Assembly: GCA_023701125.1 (NCBI GenBank)
Contig: JAMPXO010000003.1
Location: forward strand, 32,391 to 96,390
DNA length: 64,000 nt
Source of the DNA: Vicinamibacteria bacterium
Lineage (GTDB): Bacteria > Acidobacteriota > Vicinamibacteria > Fen-336
Direction: 5' to 3'
Shown here: positions 47,003 to 56,931 of the stretch, piece after piece
Numbering within the stretch: the stretch's first letter is position 1
Layout: every line of letters starts with the position of its first letter
Translations under genes and position numbers: made by a program
Notes under the pieces: model-generated
Told to the model about the DNA's origin: nothing
The model's input: only the letters and a program-made list of their open reading frames with translations
The model's database searches: none

Positions 47003-47805
47003 AGGATGCCGTCGATAGCGTGATCGCCGAGCGCGAACGGCTCGACCGGGGCTTCCCGGCCGGGCTCGTGATGTCGCTGGCCGGTCACCTGCTGATCGCG
47101 GGGGCCGCGTTCGCGCTGCCGATCCTGATGCCGGCCAAGCCGAAGCTGCAGGTCTCGATCGGCATCGCCATCCCGATCCCGCGTGGGGGCGGCGGCAGCC
47201 CGACGGCCGGCTCGCCCGACGGCGGCGCCGCACAGCAGCCCCCGGTCACCCAGGCCCCGGAGCCGGAACCGCCCAAGCCCGAGCCTGTCAAGGTCGTGAA
47301 GCCCCCGAAGGAAGCCGAGCGCAAGGGCCTGCCCGACCCGAAGGCGGACAAGAAGAAGGCGAAGGCGAAGAAGCCCGAGCCCGCGCGGCCGTCCAGCACC
47401 ACGTCCGCGAAGTCCACCGCGAGCAAGAAACCGGCCGGCACCGGGGCGCAGAGCACGACCGCCTCCAGCGCGACCCCGGGGGTGGGACTCGGTCCGGTCG
47501 GACCCGGGCTGCCTGGCGGCACGACCTCGACCGGCGACTGGTACCTTGCGGCCGTCCAGCAGAAGATCTGGATGATCTGGAATCAGCAGCTCCGGACCGG
47601 CACGTATCCGCCGGTGACTGTTCGCTTCACCATCCTCGGCGACGGCCAGGTCACCGACGTCGCCATCGTCCAGTCGAGCGGGCAATACCTGCTCGACCAG
47701 GCGGCCCAGCGGGCCGTGCTCACCGCCGGGCCATTCTCGCCGCTGCCCAGGAGCTATGACACCAAGGCCTTCACACTCCAGGCCGTCTTCCAGCCGGTCG
47801 GTTAG
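46999..47805 (+). CDS. tolA: TolA-like / TonB-C-terminal-domain energy-transducer protein
   Basis: TTG start (TTGA overlap). Transmembrane anchor, Pro/Lys-rich spacer 'PEPEPPKPEP', and a C-terminal TonB-like domain. Confidence 0.65.
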   Translation: MKDAVDSVIAERERLDRGFPAGLVMSLAGHLLIAGAAFALPILMPAKPKLQVSIGIAIPIPRGGGGSPTAGSPDGGAAQQPPVTQAPEPEPPKPEPVKVVKPPKEAERKGLPDPKADKKKAKAKKPEPARPSSTTSAKSTASKKPAGTGAQSTTASSATPGVGLGPVGPGLPGGTTSTGDWYLAAVQQKIWMIWNQQLRTGTYPPVTVRFTILGDGQVTDVAIVQSSGQYLLDQAAQRAVLTAGPFSPLPRSYDTKAFTLQAVFQPVG

Positions 47806-49141
47806 CCTCGGCGCCGCCGTCGCGGCGCTGGTGCTCGTACTGACGGGCCGAGAGGCGACGCCTGTCCTTGCGGCGCCCCAGGCCCCGCCTCCCGACACCC
47901 AGATCGTGATCACGAGCGGGACCCAGGGTCCGCGGCTGGCGATCGCCGACTGCGCGCCGCGGCGCGAGGACCCCGCCCTGCGCGCGGCGTGCGGCACCAT
48001 CTCCCAGGTGCTCCGCGCCGACCTGCGCTTCGAGGGACTGTTCCAGTTCGTGCCCGACAGCCTGCTGCGCGCGATCCCGCCGCTCAACCCCGAGTCCCCC
48101 AACATGGAGGACTGGAAGTCGATCGGCGCCGGGGTGCTGGTCGTGACCCGCGTCGACGGCACCGCAGCCGAGCTCGGCGTCGACCTGCGCGTCTACTTCG
48201 TGGAGAACGGCCAGGTGATGCTGGCCAAGCGCTACGCCGGCCCGGCCAGGAACCCGCGCGTGTTCGCCCACCAGGCCTCGGACGACATCGTGCTGCTGAC
48301 CCAGAACCGGGGGGTCGCCCGCACCAAGATCGCCTTTTCCTCCGACCGCGACGCGACCAAGGAGCGCCGCGCGAAGGAGATCTACATCATGGATTACGAC
48401 GGGTTCAACCCGCGCCGGGTCACGGTCAACAACTCGCTGAACATCCTGCCGAACTGGACGCCGGACGCCACCGGGCTCGCCTACGTCTCCTACCGCCAGG
48501 GCCGGCCGCTGGTCTTCCTGTCGCGGATCTACGCGGGGACCAACACCCCGAACCTGACCGGCGAGAAAGAGTCGAGCCAGGCCTTCGCCCCGTCCTTCAG
48601 CCCGGACGGATCGCGCATCGCCTGGGCCAGCAACCGCAGCGGCAACATGGAGGTGTGGGTTGCCAACGCCGACGGCTCCGGGGCCCACGCGGTGACCCAG
48701 AGCGCGGCCTCGGACACGGCCCCGACCTGGAGCCCCACCGGCCGCGAGATCGCCTTCACCTCGAACCGCGGCGGCACGCCCCAGATCTACGTGATGGACG
48801 CCGAGGGCCTGAACGTGCGCCGGCTCTCGACGGTCGGCAATTACAACGACGCCCCGTCGTGGAACCCGAACAAGCAGTTCCTCGAGGTCGCCTACACCTC
48901 TCGGCTGGAGGGCCAGTTCCAGATCGCGATCGTCGACATCGCCAGCGGCCAGGTCCGTCAGATCACCGAGAACCGCGGCTCGTGCGAGTACCCGACCTGG
49001 GCGCCCTCGGGTCGGCACCTCGCGTTCTCGTGCCAGCGCGGCGCGACGTGGCAGATCCACGTCGCGGACCGCGAGGGGCGCATCGTGCAACCGCTCCAGG
49101 CCGGGCCGGGCAGCAACGTCCAGCCCGACTGGAGCAATTGA
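47756..49141 (+). CDS. tolB: Tol-Pal system beta-propeller protein TolB
   Basis: Signal peptide, TolB N-terminal domain, and repeated 'SPDG...IAF/YVS' propeller blades. The ORF-table start overlaps tolA by 50 nt. Confidence 0.85.
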   Translation: MTPRPSHSRPSSSRSVSLGAAVAALVLVLTGREATPVLAAPQAPPPDTQIVITSGTQGPRLAIADCAPRREDPALRAACGTISQVLRADLRFEGLFQFVPDSLLRAIPPLNPESPNMEDWKSIGAGVLVVTRVDGTAAELGVDLRVYFVENGQVMLAKRYAGPARNPRVFAHQASDDIVLLTQNRGVARTKIAFSSDRDATKERRAKEIYIMDYDGFNPRRVTVNNSLNILPNWTPDATGLAYVSYRQGRPLVFLSRIYAGTNTPNLTGEKESSQAFAPSFSPDGSRIAWASNRSGNMEVWVANADGSGAHAVTQSAASDTAPTWSPTGREIAFTSNRGGTPQIYVMDAEGLNVRRLSTVGNYNDAPSWNPNKQFLEVAYTSRLEGQFQIAIVDIASGQVRQITENRGSCEYPTWAPSGRHLAFSCQRGATWQIHVADREGRIVQPLQAGPGSNVQPDWSN

Positions 49142-49155
49142 GGAGCGAACCCGAG

Positions 49156-49731
49156 ATGCACGCCCGACGTCTGAACCTGCTCGCGGCCGTGGTGCTGGCC
49201 GTCTTCGCCCTGGCCTGCGGCGGCGGCAAGCGCCCGTCCGCGCTCACCCAGCCCCCGCCCCCGCCCCCGCCCGGCACCGGCTCCACGTACGGCGGCCCGC
49301 GGCCGCAGCCCGTCGATGCCGGTCCCGACGTGGTGCCGCTCGACGGCGAGGGCGTGGCCGCTTCCGATTTCGAGGAGTCGCGCGCCGACGGCGAAGGCGG
49401 GCCGCTGGCCGACGTGCTGTTCGGCTACGACCAGGCCAACCTGTCGGACGAGGGCCGCGCGCTCGTGGAGCGTCACGCGGTCTGGCTCCAGGCCCGTCGC
49501 GAGGCCAAGATCATCATCGAGGGCCACTGCGACGAGCGCGGCACCGTGGAGTACAACCTCGCCCTCGGCGAGTTGCGGGCCAGGGCCGTCCGCGACCTGC
49601 TGGTCAGCCTCGGCGTCGACGGGGCGCGGCTGAACGTCGTCTCCTACGGCAAGGAGCGGCCCCTCGACGGCGGCTCGGGCGAGGCGTCCTGGGCCCGGAA
49701 CCGGCGCGCGCACTTCGTCGTCCGCCGCTGA
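49156..49731 (+). CDS. pal: peptidoglycan-associated lipoprotein Pal (OmpA family)
   Basis: Lipobox 'FALAC', poly-Pro linker, and the OmpA-like 'FGYDQANLSDEGRALV...NRRAHFVV'. AGGAG lies 10 nt upstream of the ATG. Confidence 0.85.
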   Translation: MHARRLNLLAAVVLAVFALACGGGKRPSALTQPPPPPPPGTGSTYGGPRPQPVDAGPDVVPLDGEGVAASDFEESRADGEGGPLADVLFGYDQANLSDEGRALVERHAVWLQARREAKIIIEGHCDERGTVEYNLALGELRARAVRDLLVSLGVDGARLNVVSYGKERPLDGGSGEASWARNRRAHFVVRR

Positions 49732-49834
49732 CGGTCACCACGACTTTCGCGCCGGGCGCGGTCCTCCCGCGGTCTGGCGATTGTCTACCATGCGCCGCAT
49801 GACGGTTGCGGCGCGCTCGATCGAGGAGGTCCCC

Positions 49835-50632
49835 GTGATCCGCCGCACTCTCGCGTTCGCCCTGCTCGTCGCCCTCGTGGCCGTGCCCGCGCGAGCGGAC
49901 GACAAGCAGGAGATCCAGCGCCTCCAGGTCCAGGTGGCGACGCTGCAGGTCCAGGTCTCAGACCTGCTTCGCCTGGGCCAGGACAACCAGCGCGAGATCA
50001 AGCGCCTCAACGAAGCTCTCGCGGAACAGACGCAGCTCGTCCGCAAGCTCGTGCAGGACCAGCGCCTGCAGCTCGAGTCGTTGCAGACCGCGATGCGCGA
50101 GAACGGTGAGCGCCTCGCCGAGATGGGCGAACGCCTCCAGGGCCTGCAGGGTTCGGCCCTGCCCCCGGCCGGCTATGCCCCGGCGCCGACGGCTGCGCCG
50201 GGTGCGGCAACCGACCCCGCGGCTCCCGGCGCCACGCCGCCCGCGGGCGCCGCGGCCCCGCCCCCGCGCGAGCTCTACACCCAGGCCTACGCCGACTTCG
50301 CGCGCGGCAACTACGATCTCGCCATCCAGGGCTTCCAGGAGTACCTGCGCAACTACTCCGGCACCGACTTCGCCGACAACGCGCAGTACTGGATCGGCGA
50401 GTGCCTCTACGGGAAGCTCAAGTACGAGGAGGCGATCGAGGCGTGGAACGGGCTGCTGCGCGACTACGCCGCCAGCGACAAGCTGCCCGACGCGCGGGTC
50501 AAGAAGGGCATGGCGCTCGAGAAGCTCGGCCGCCGCTCCCAGGCCCAGCTCGAGTACCGCTTCGTCGTCGAGCGCTTCCCCAACACCCAGGCCGCGCGCA
50601 TCGCGCGCGAGAAGCTCAACCCCCAGCAGTAA
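49835..50632 (+). CDS. cpoB: Tol-Pal system protein CpoB/YbgF
   Basis: GTG at 49835 preceded by GAGGAGG. Signal peptide, coiled-coil and C-terminal TPR region. Confidence 0.75.
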   Translation: MIRRTLAFALLVALVAVPARADDKQEIQRLQVQVATLQVQVSDLLRLGQDNQREIKRLNEALAEQTQLVRKLVQDQRLQLESLQTAMRENGERLAEMGERLQGLQGSALPPAGYAPAPTAAPGAATDPAAPGATPPAGAAAPPPRELYTQAYADFARGNYDLAIQGFQEYLRNYSGTDFADNAQYWIGECLYGKLKYEEAIEAWNGLLRDYAASDKLPDARVKKGMALEKLGRRSQAQLEYRFVVERFPNTQAARIAREKLNPQQ

Positions 50633-50653
50633 GGCTTTCGCGAAGGAGATCGC

Positions 50654-51097
50654 ATGGCCAGCGTCAACAAGGTGATCCTGATCGGCAACCTCGGGCGAGA
50701 CCCCGAGATCCGGTACACGCAGGGCGGCGAGCCGATCGCCAACTTCTCGGTCGCCACCAGCGAGCGCTGGACCGACAAGTCCGGCCAGAAGCAGGAGCGC
50801 ACGGCCTGGCACCGGGTCGAGGTGTTCGGCAAGACCGCGCAGATCGCCAAGGACTACCTGTCCAAGGGCCGCCCGGTCTACCTCGAGGGCAGCATCTACT
50901 ACGACGAGTGGACCGACAAGGACGGCAACAAGCGCAACAGCACCAAGATCCGGATCTCGGGCCCCAACTCGAAGCTGGTTCTGCTCGGCTCGCGCGGGGA
51001 AGGCGGCGCAGGCGGTGGCGGCTCGCGTGGCGGCTCGCCCGACGAGGGCCCGGCCGGGGAGGACTTCGTTCCCGGCGACGAGGACGTCCCGTTCTAG
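50654..51097 (+). CDS. ssb: single-stranded DNA-binding protein
   Basis: 'VNKVILIGNLGRDPEIRYT' OB-fold, Gly-rich tail and an acidic 'DEDVPF' C-terminus. Confidence 0.9.
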   Translation: MASVNKVILIGNLGRDPEIRYTQGGEPIANFSVATSERWTDKSGQKQERTAWHRVEVFGKTAQIAKDYLSKGRPVYLEGSIYYDEWTDKDGNKRNSTKIRISGPNSKLVLLGSRGEGGAGGGGSRGGSPDEGPAGEDFVPGDEDVPF

Positions 51098-51114
51098 CCC
51101 ACGGGCGCGCTCCG

Positions 51115-52191
51115 GTGACAGCGGTCGCCGGCCTCCTGCCGATCGCTCGCTGGGCGACGCCGTACGTCTGCTCCCAGGCCCAAGTGGCCGAGCGCGTGCG
51201 CGCTTGGCTCGGCGAACCGGGTACCCCGCCCTCGCTGCAGCGGTTGATGGCGGTGTACGCGGTGGCCGGCGTCGAGGCGCGCTCGTCGGCGCTGCCGATC
51301 GACGAGATCTTCGCGGGCAGCGACTTCGAGTCCCGGAACGACCGCTACGCTGCGGTGATGATCGAGGCCGCCACCGCCGCCTCCCGCGAAGCGCTGGCGC
51401 TCGCCGGCGTGGATGGGACGTCGATCGGCCTCGTCACCAGCGTCTCGTGCACGGGCTTCATGATCCCGGCCGTCGATGCTCACGTCGCCAACGCGCTCCG
51501 GCTCGGGCCGCGCCTGGCCCGGCTGCCGATCACGCAGAGCGGCTGCGCGGGTGGCGCCGTCGGCCTCGCGCGCACCGTCGACTTCCTGGCGGCGCATCCC
51601 GCGCAGGCGGCACTGCTGATCGCGGCGGAGTTCCCGTCGCTGACGTTCCAGCGCTGGGATCGGTCGGCCACCAACGTGATCTCCACCGCGCTGTTCGGCG
51701 ACGGGGCCGCCGCGTGCGTGCTGGTCGGCCGCGACCACCCCCGCTTCGCCTCGGCACCGGTGCACTGGGAGCACGCGGCCAGCCGCTTCTTCGCGGACTC
51801 GCTGCCGATGATGGGCTTCCGGCTCCGCAATCCCGGCCTGCAGATCATCCTCGACAAGGGCCTGGCCCCGTTCGTGCGCCGCCACGCGGGCGAGGCGCTG
51901 GCCACATTTCTCGATGAAGCGCAGGTCTCCCGCGACGAGCTGACGCGCTTCGCGCTCCACCCCGGGGGGCGCAAGGTGATCGAGGGCCTCGCCTCCGCCT
52001 GGGGCCTCACCGCAGCGGACCTCGAGGCCACCCGCCGAGTGCTGCGCGAGCGCGGCAACATGAGCTCGGTGACCGTTCTCCACGTGCTCGCCGAGGTGCT
52101 CGCGGAGCGGCCTGCGGCAGGCGAGCGCGGCCTGCTGGTCGCGTTCGGGCCGGGTTTCGGAGCCGAACTGGCGCTACTGCGCTTCACGTGA
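51115..52191 (+). CDS. type III polyketide synthase (chalcone/stilbene synthase family; SrsA/ArsB/FtpA-like)
   Basis: GTG at 51115, in frame with ORF 50401..52191. Active-site Cys region 'SVSCTGFMIPAVD' and the C-terminal 'FGPGF'. Confidence 0.8.
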   Translation: MTAVAGLLPIARWATPYVCSQAQVAERVRAWLGEPGTPPSLQRLMAVYAVAGVEARSSALPIDEIFAGSDFESRNDRYAAVMIEAATAASREALALAGVDGTSIGLVTSVSCTGFMIPAVDAHVANALRLGPRLARLPITQSGCAGGAVGLARTVDFLAAHPAQAALLIAAEFPSLTFQRWDRSATNVISTALFGDGAAACVLVGRDHPRFASAPVHWEHAASRFFADSLPMMGFRLRNPGLQIILDKGLAPFVRRHAGEALATFLDEAQVSRDELTRFALHPGGRKVIEGLASAWGLTAADLEATRRVLRERGNMSSVTVLHVLAEVLAERPAAGERGLLVAFGPGFGAELALLRFT

Positions 52192-52889
52192 GCCGGCTGC
52201 CCGACCTCCGCGAGCGGTCGCGCGAGCCGGAGTTGCTGGACCTCGGCGGGGTGCCCGACCACGAAGTCGCGGCCTCGCTCGCCGACATCCGCTTCGTGAA
52301 CACCTGGCTCGGCGGCCACCGGACGTTCGCGATGGTGCTGCGGCCCTTCCTCGCCGAGGCCCGAAAACGCGGCGGGCCGCTGACGCTGCTCGACGTCGGC
52401 TGCGGTTCGGCCGACCTGCCCTCCCACCTGCAGGCGCGCGAGCCGAGGCTGGTCCGCGCGTTCGGCGTCGACCTCAAGCCCGGGCACCTGCGCCAGGCCC
52501 CCGCCTCGATTCACCGCGTGGCCGGCGACGTGTTCGCGCCTCCTTTTGCGGAGCGCTCCTTCGACGTCGTGGCCTGCTCGTTGTTTCTCCATCACCTCGA
52601 CGGCGACGACGTTCCACGGGTGCTCTCGTCCCTCTGGCGCCTGGCCCGCCGGGCGCTGGTCGTCAACGACCTGCGCCGTGCCCAGGTCCCGCACGCGTTC
52701 GCGCGGCTGGTCTTCCCCCACCTCTTCCGCTCCCCGGTCAGCGTGCATGACGGCCTGGTGTCGATCCGCCGCTCCTTCACGCCCGGCGAGTTGCGCGAGG
52801 CCTTCGCCGCCGCGGGCTTGCCCGCCCCGACCGTGACCCGCGTCTTCCCCTACCGCCTCGCCGCCGTCGTGCGACGCGAGTCGCCGTGA
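52188..52889 (+). CDS. SAM-dependent methyltransferase (SrsB-like)
   Basis: GTGA overlap with the PKS stop. '[11 protein letters not shown]'. Confidence 0.7.
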   Translation: MSRLPDLRERSREPELLDLGGVPDHEVAASLADIRFVNTWLGGHRTFAMVLRPFLAEARKRGGPLTLLDVGCGSADLPSHLQAREPRLVRAFGVDLKPGHLRQAPASIHRVAGDVFAPPFAERSFDVVACSLFLHHLDGDDVPRVLSSLWRLARRALVVNDLRRAQVPHAFARLVFPHLFRSPVSVHDGLVSIRRSFTPGELREAFAAAGLPAPTVTRVFPYRLAAVVRRESP

Positions 52890-54094
52890 GCCAGGCGGAG
52901 CGCGAGGTCGTGATCGTGGGTGGCGGCCCGGCCGGTGCCGCCGCGGCGCTGTTCCTGCGGCAGCAGGGCGTCGACGTGCTGCTGCTCGAAGCCGCCCGTT
53001 TTCCCCGCGACAAGATCTGCGGCGAGGGCGTGTCGCCCGAGGCCTGGCGGCTGTTGCGAGCGATGGGGGCCGCAGAGGACGTCGCCCGACTCGCGCCGCG
53101 GCCGCTGCGCGGCATGCGCGTGATCGCGCCCGACGGAACGGTCTTCGAGGGCGTCTACCGGCGCGGCGGCGAGACGCTGACCGGGTTCGCGGTGCGCCGG
53201 ACGCGCCTCGACGCCACCCTGCTCGACGCCGCCCGCCGCGCGGGAGCGGAAGTCCGCGAGGGCGCCCGGGTTGCCGAGGCCGTTCGGTCCGCTGGCGGCG
53301 TCACCGGCGTCCGGATGCAGGACGGCGAATCGATCCGGGCCCGCTTCGTGCTCGGCTGCGACGGCCGCTGGGGGGCCTGCGCGCGGGCCGTGGGCGGCCT
53401 GCGCGGATCCCGCTTCTTCCGGCGCTTCGCGTTGCGCCTTCACCTCGAAGGCGTGGCGGGCCTTGGCTCCGTCGGCGAAATGCACGTGGGCCGCGGCGGG
53501 TACTGCGGCATCGCCCCGCTCTCGGACACGTCGGCCAACGTGGCCTTCGTGCTGGACGCTTCCGCCTTCGCCGCCGCGGCCGGCCGGCTCGAGGACTTCG
53601 CCCGCGAGACGCTCGCGCAGCGCTTCCCCGCGGTCGCGGCCCGCTGTCGCGACGCCAAGTGGCTGGGACCGCCGCGCGCCATCGGGCCGCTCGCGGTCTC
53701 GGTCCCCCGCCGCGCCCTGCCCGGCCTCCTGCTCCTGGGGGACGCCGCAGGCTTCTACGATCCCTTCACCGGCGAAGGCGTGACCCTCGCCCTGCGCAGC
53801 GCCGAACTCGCCGTCGGGCCCGTGGTCGACGCCCTGCACGGCCGCGTGTCGTCTGCGGCTGCCGCCGCGCGCTACGAGCGCGAGTATGCTGGCGCCACTC
53901 GCGACAAGTTCCGCCTCAACCGCCTGCTGCAGTGGGTCGTGGCCTGGCCGGCGGTCGCCAACGCGGTCGCCCGCCGCTTGCGCGCGCGCCCGCGCACGTG
54001 CGACGAACTGGTCGGCATCGCCGGCGATTTCGTGCCGGCGCGGCGCGCCCTGGGCCCCCGCTTCCTGCTCCAGTTGCTCCAGCCCGGCGCCTGA
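52886..54094 (+). CDS. FAD-dependent oxidoreductase (geranylgeranyl-reductase / SrsC-like flavoprotein)
   Basis: GTGA overlap with the methyltransferase stop. '[14 protein letters not shown]' and '[14 protein letters not shown]'. Confidence 0.75.
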   Translation: MSQAEREVVIVGGGPAGAAAALFLRQQGVDVLLLEAARFPRDKICGEGVSPEAWRLLRAMGAAEDVARLAPRPLRGMRVIAPDGTVFEGVYRRGGETLTGFAVRRTRLDATLLDAARRAGAEVREGARVAEAVRSAGGVTGVRMQDGESIRARFVLGCDGRWGACARAVGGLRGSRFFRRFALRLHLEGVAGLGSVGEMHVGRGGYCGIAPLSDTSANVAFVLDASAFAAAAGRLEDFARETLAQRFPAVAARCRDAKWLGPPRAIGPLAVSVPRRALPGLLLLGDAAGFYDPFTGEGVTLALRSAELAVGPVVDALHGRVSSAAAAARYEREYAGATRDKFRLNRLLQWVVAWPAVANAVARRLRARPRTCDELVGIAGDFVPARRALGPRFLLQLLQPGA

Positions 54095-54183
54095 CGGCGG
54101 GCCCGAAACCGGGGGGCGGCTCCGCGGGGGGTGCAGTAGAATTCCTTTTTCTCGGCAGCCTGCCGTTCCCGGAGGTAATTCGC

Positions 54184-56298
54184 GTGGCCACGACCGCCCT
54201 CAGCCAGGAGACCGGACTCGACCGCCAGACTCTGGTGGGGATCTACCGGACGATGTACCAGTCGCGCCGGGTCGACGACAAGGAGATCCAGCTCAAGCGC
54301 CAGAACAAGATCTTCTTCCAGATCAGCGGCGCGGGCCACGAAGCGGTGCTGGCGGCGGCGGGCCTCGTGCTCAAGCCCAACCACGACTGGTTCTACGCGT
54401 ACTACCGCGACCGCGCGCTGATGCTGGCGCTGGGCATGACGCCGCTGGAGATGCTGCTCTCCGCGACCGGCGCCGCGGACGACCCGAACTCCGGCGGCCG
54501 CCAGATGCCCTCGCACTGGGGTCACGCGGGCCTCAACATCGTCACCAAGTCTTCGCCCACCGGCACCCAGTTCCTGCAGGCGGTCGGCTGCGCGGAGGCC
54601 GGCATCTACGCTGCCGCCCAGGAGGGAGCCGGCACGAAGCTCGGGCTGCCCTTCCGCTCGGACGAAATCGTGTACGTCTCGACCGGCGACGGCACGACGT
54701 CCGAGGGCGAGTTCTGGGAGAGCCTCAACACCGCCTGCAATCGCAAGCTGCCCGTCCTCTACCTGGTCGAAGACAACGGCTACGCGATCTCGGTCCCGGT
54801 CGAGGTCCAGACGGCCGGTGGCAGCATCTCGAAGCTGGTCTCTTCCTTCCCCAACCTGCTGGTGCGCGAGGTGGACGGTTGCGACCCGCTGGCGAGCCTC
54901 GGCACCCTGCGCGAGGCGGCGACCTGGTGTCGCGAGCGACGCGGGCCTGCGCTCGTCCACGCCAAGGTGATCCGGCCGTACTCGCACTCGTTGTCCGATG
55001 ACGAGGCCCTGTACCGCCCCGGCCACGAGCGCGAGGCCGACGCGGCGCGCGACCCGCTGGTCTCCTGGCCGGCCTTCCTGCTACGCGAGGGACACGCGAC
55101 CGAGGCCGAACTGGAGGCGCTGCGCGCCGAGGTCGACCGCGAGGTGGCCGAGGCCGGCGATCTCGCCTGTGCCGCGCCCCAGCCCGAGCCGGCTTCAGCC
55201 CTGCTCCACGTCTACTCGCCCGAGGTCGACCCGACCTCGAAGGCGTTCGACACCGAGCCGGCCTTCGCGGGCGATCCCAAGACCGTCGTCGACCTGCTCA
55301 ACGCCTGCCTGCACGAGGAGATGGCTCGCGACCCGCGGGTCGTCGTCTTCGGCCAGGACGTCGCCGACTGCAGCCGCGAGGACAACCTGCCCCACGTCAA
55401 GGGCAAGGGCGGCGTGTTCAAGGTCACCCACAACCTGCAGCGGCGCTTCGGCGGTGAGCGCGTGTTCAACTCGCCGCTGGCCGAGGCCAACATCGTCGGC
55501 CGCGCGATCGGCATGGCCACCCGCGGGCTGAAGCCGGTGGTCGAGATCCAGTTCTTCGACTACATCTGGCCCGCGTACATGCAGATGCGCAACGAGCTGG
55601 CGCTGATCCGCTGGCGCTCGAACGGGGCGTTCAAGTGTCCCGCCGTCGTGCGCGTGACCTACGGCGGCTACCTCCAGGGCGGCGCCGTCTATCACTCCCA
55701 GTGCGGTGAGGTGCTGTTCACCCACATCCCCGGCCTGCGGGTCGTGCTGCCGTCGAACGCCGAGGATGCGAACGGCTTGCTGCGCACCGCGATCCGCTGC
55801 GACGACCCCGTGCTCTTCCTCGAGCACAAGCACCTGTACCGTCAGACCTACAACAAGGGCCGCAACCCCGGCCCCGACTACTGCATCCCGTTCGCCAAGG
55901 CGCGCACGGCGCGGCCCGGCAAGGACCTGACGATCGTCACCTTCGGCGCGCTCGTGCAGCGCAGCCTGGTGGCCGCCAAGCAGGTGGCCGAGAGCGACGG
56001 CATCGAGGCCGAGGTGATCGACCTGCGCACGCTGTCGCCCTACGACTGGGACGCGATCGCGGAGAGCGTGAAGCGCACTGGCAAGGTGATCGTGGCCCAG
56101 GAGGACCAGATCTCCTGGGGCTACACCGCGGAGATCGCGGCCCGCATCTCGGACGAGCTGTTCGAGTGGCTGGACGCCCCGGTCAAGCGCATCGGCGCCA
56201 CCGACACCTTCGTCGGCTACGCGCCGTCGCTCGAGGACTTCATCCTGCCCCAGATCCCGGGCATCGCCGCGGAGATCCGCAAGCTCGCCCGCTATTAG
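54184..56298 (+). CDS. fused alpha/beta E1 component of a 2-oxoacid dehydrogenase (thiamine-diphosphate dependent)
   Basis: GTG at 54184 with GGAGG 8 nt upstream. ThDP motif '[10 protein letters not shown]...NN' in the alpha half and a transketolase-like beta half. No E2 or E3 gene is adjacent. Confidence 0.8.
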   Translation: MATTALSQETGLDRQTLVGIYRTMYQSRRVDDKEIQLKRQNKIFFQISGAGHEAVLAAAGLVLKPNHDWFYAYYRDRALMLALGMTPLEMLLSATGAADDPNSGGRQMPSHWGHAGLNIVTKSSPTGTQFLQAVGCAEAGIYAAAQEGAGTKLGLPFRSDEIVYVSTGDGTTSEGEFWESLNTACNRKLPVLYLVEDNGYAISVPVEVQTAGGSISKLVSSFPNLLVREVDGCDPLASLGTLREAATWCRERRGPALVHAKVIRPYSHSLSDDEALYRPGHEREADAARDPLVSWPAFLLREGHATEAELEALRAEVDREVAEAGDLACAAPQPEPASALLHVYSPEVDPTSKAFDTEPAFAGDPKTVVDLLNACLHEEMARDPRVVVFGQDVADCSREDNLPHVKGKGGVFKVTHNLQRRFGGERVFNSPLAEANIVGRAIGMATRGLKPVVEIQFFDYIWPAYMQMRNELALIRWRSNGAFKCPAVVRVTYGGYLQGGAVYHSQCGEVLFTHIPGLRVVLPSNAEDANGLLRTAIRCDDPVLFLEHKHLYRQTYNKGRNPGPDYCIPFAKARTARPGKDLTIVTFGALVQRSLVAAKQVAESDGIEAEVIDLRTLSPYDWDAIAESVKRTGKVIVAQEDQISWGYTAEIAARISDELFEWLDAPVKRIGATDTFVGYAPSLEDFILPQIPGIAAEIRKLARY

Positions 56299-56305
56299 GA
56301 CTAGG

Positions 56306-56559
56306 TGGGGGTGCGGGGGCGGAGGAGCGTCCGTTCGCGCCGTAGCCCCCGCGGGACCGGCGACGGGTTCACCCCGGCGCTGGAACCCTATGGGGGTGCG
56401 GGGGCGGAGGAGCGTCCGTTCGCGACGTAGCCCCCGCGGGACCGGCGACGGGTTCACCCCGGCGGTGGAACCCTATGGGGGTGCGGGGGCGGAGAGCGTC
56501 CGTTCGCGCCGTAGCCCCCGCGGGACCGGCGACGGGTTCACCCCGGCGCCGGAACCCTA
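56306..56559 (+). repeat. three tandem copies of a structured GC-rich repeat of about 85 bp
   Basis: Units at 56306-56390, 56391-56475 and 56476-56559 are nearly identical. Each has inverted repeats 'gcgggggc...gcccccgc' and 'gggttc...gaaccc'. They fill the gap between the convergent E1 and cupin genes. Confidence 0.8.
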
Positions 56560-56928
56560 TGGCTTGCTCGTGCCGGCTCGGCCGTAGCGGTCTTCGAGGC
56601 GGACGACGTCGTCCACCTCGGGCGTCGAGACCTCGAGGATGTCCGTGTCCTCGAGTCCGGTCATGCGGTGCAGGGTGCCGGGCGTGATGTGGTAGCTCTC
56701 GCCCGGGGCCATCTCGACCCGGCGCAGCTCGCCCGGCTCGTCCTTGCCCTTGACCTCGAACAGCAGCTTTCCGCTCTGGATCAGGATCGTCTCGTCCTTG
56801 ACCTCGTGGTACTGGAGGGACAGGCTCTCGCCCTTCTTCACGTGCAGCAGCTTGCCCACGTAGCGCTCGGTGCGCGCCCACCAGACCTCGTGCCCCCAGG
56901 GCTTTTCGACCCGCTTGTGCTCGGTCAC
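56557..56928 (-). CDS. cupin-domain protein
   Basis: 'GESLSLQYHEVKDETILIQSG' cupin_2 motif. Its stop codon lies inside the last repeat unit. Confidence 0.65.
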   Translation of the reverse strand: MTEHKRVEKPWGHEVWWARTERYVGKLLHVKKGESLSLQYHEVKDETILIQSGKLLFEVKGKDEPGELRRVEMAPGESYHITPGTLHRMTGLEDTDILEVSTPEVDDVVRLEDRYGRAGTSKP

Positions 56929-56931
56929 GTC

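Noticed and set aside
56306-56559. CRISPR array interpretation of the tandem repeats
   Set aside because: The units of about 85 bp abut one another with no unique spacers and the units are too long. No cas genes are present in the window. This is a tandem structured repeat, not CRISPR.
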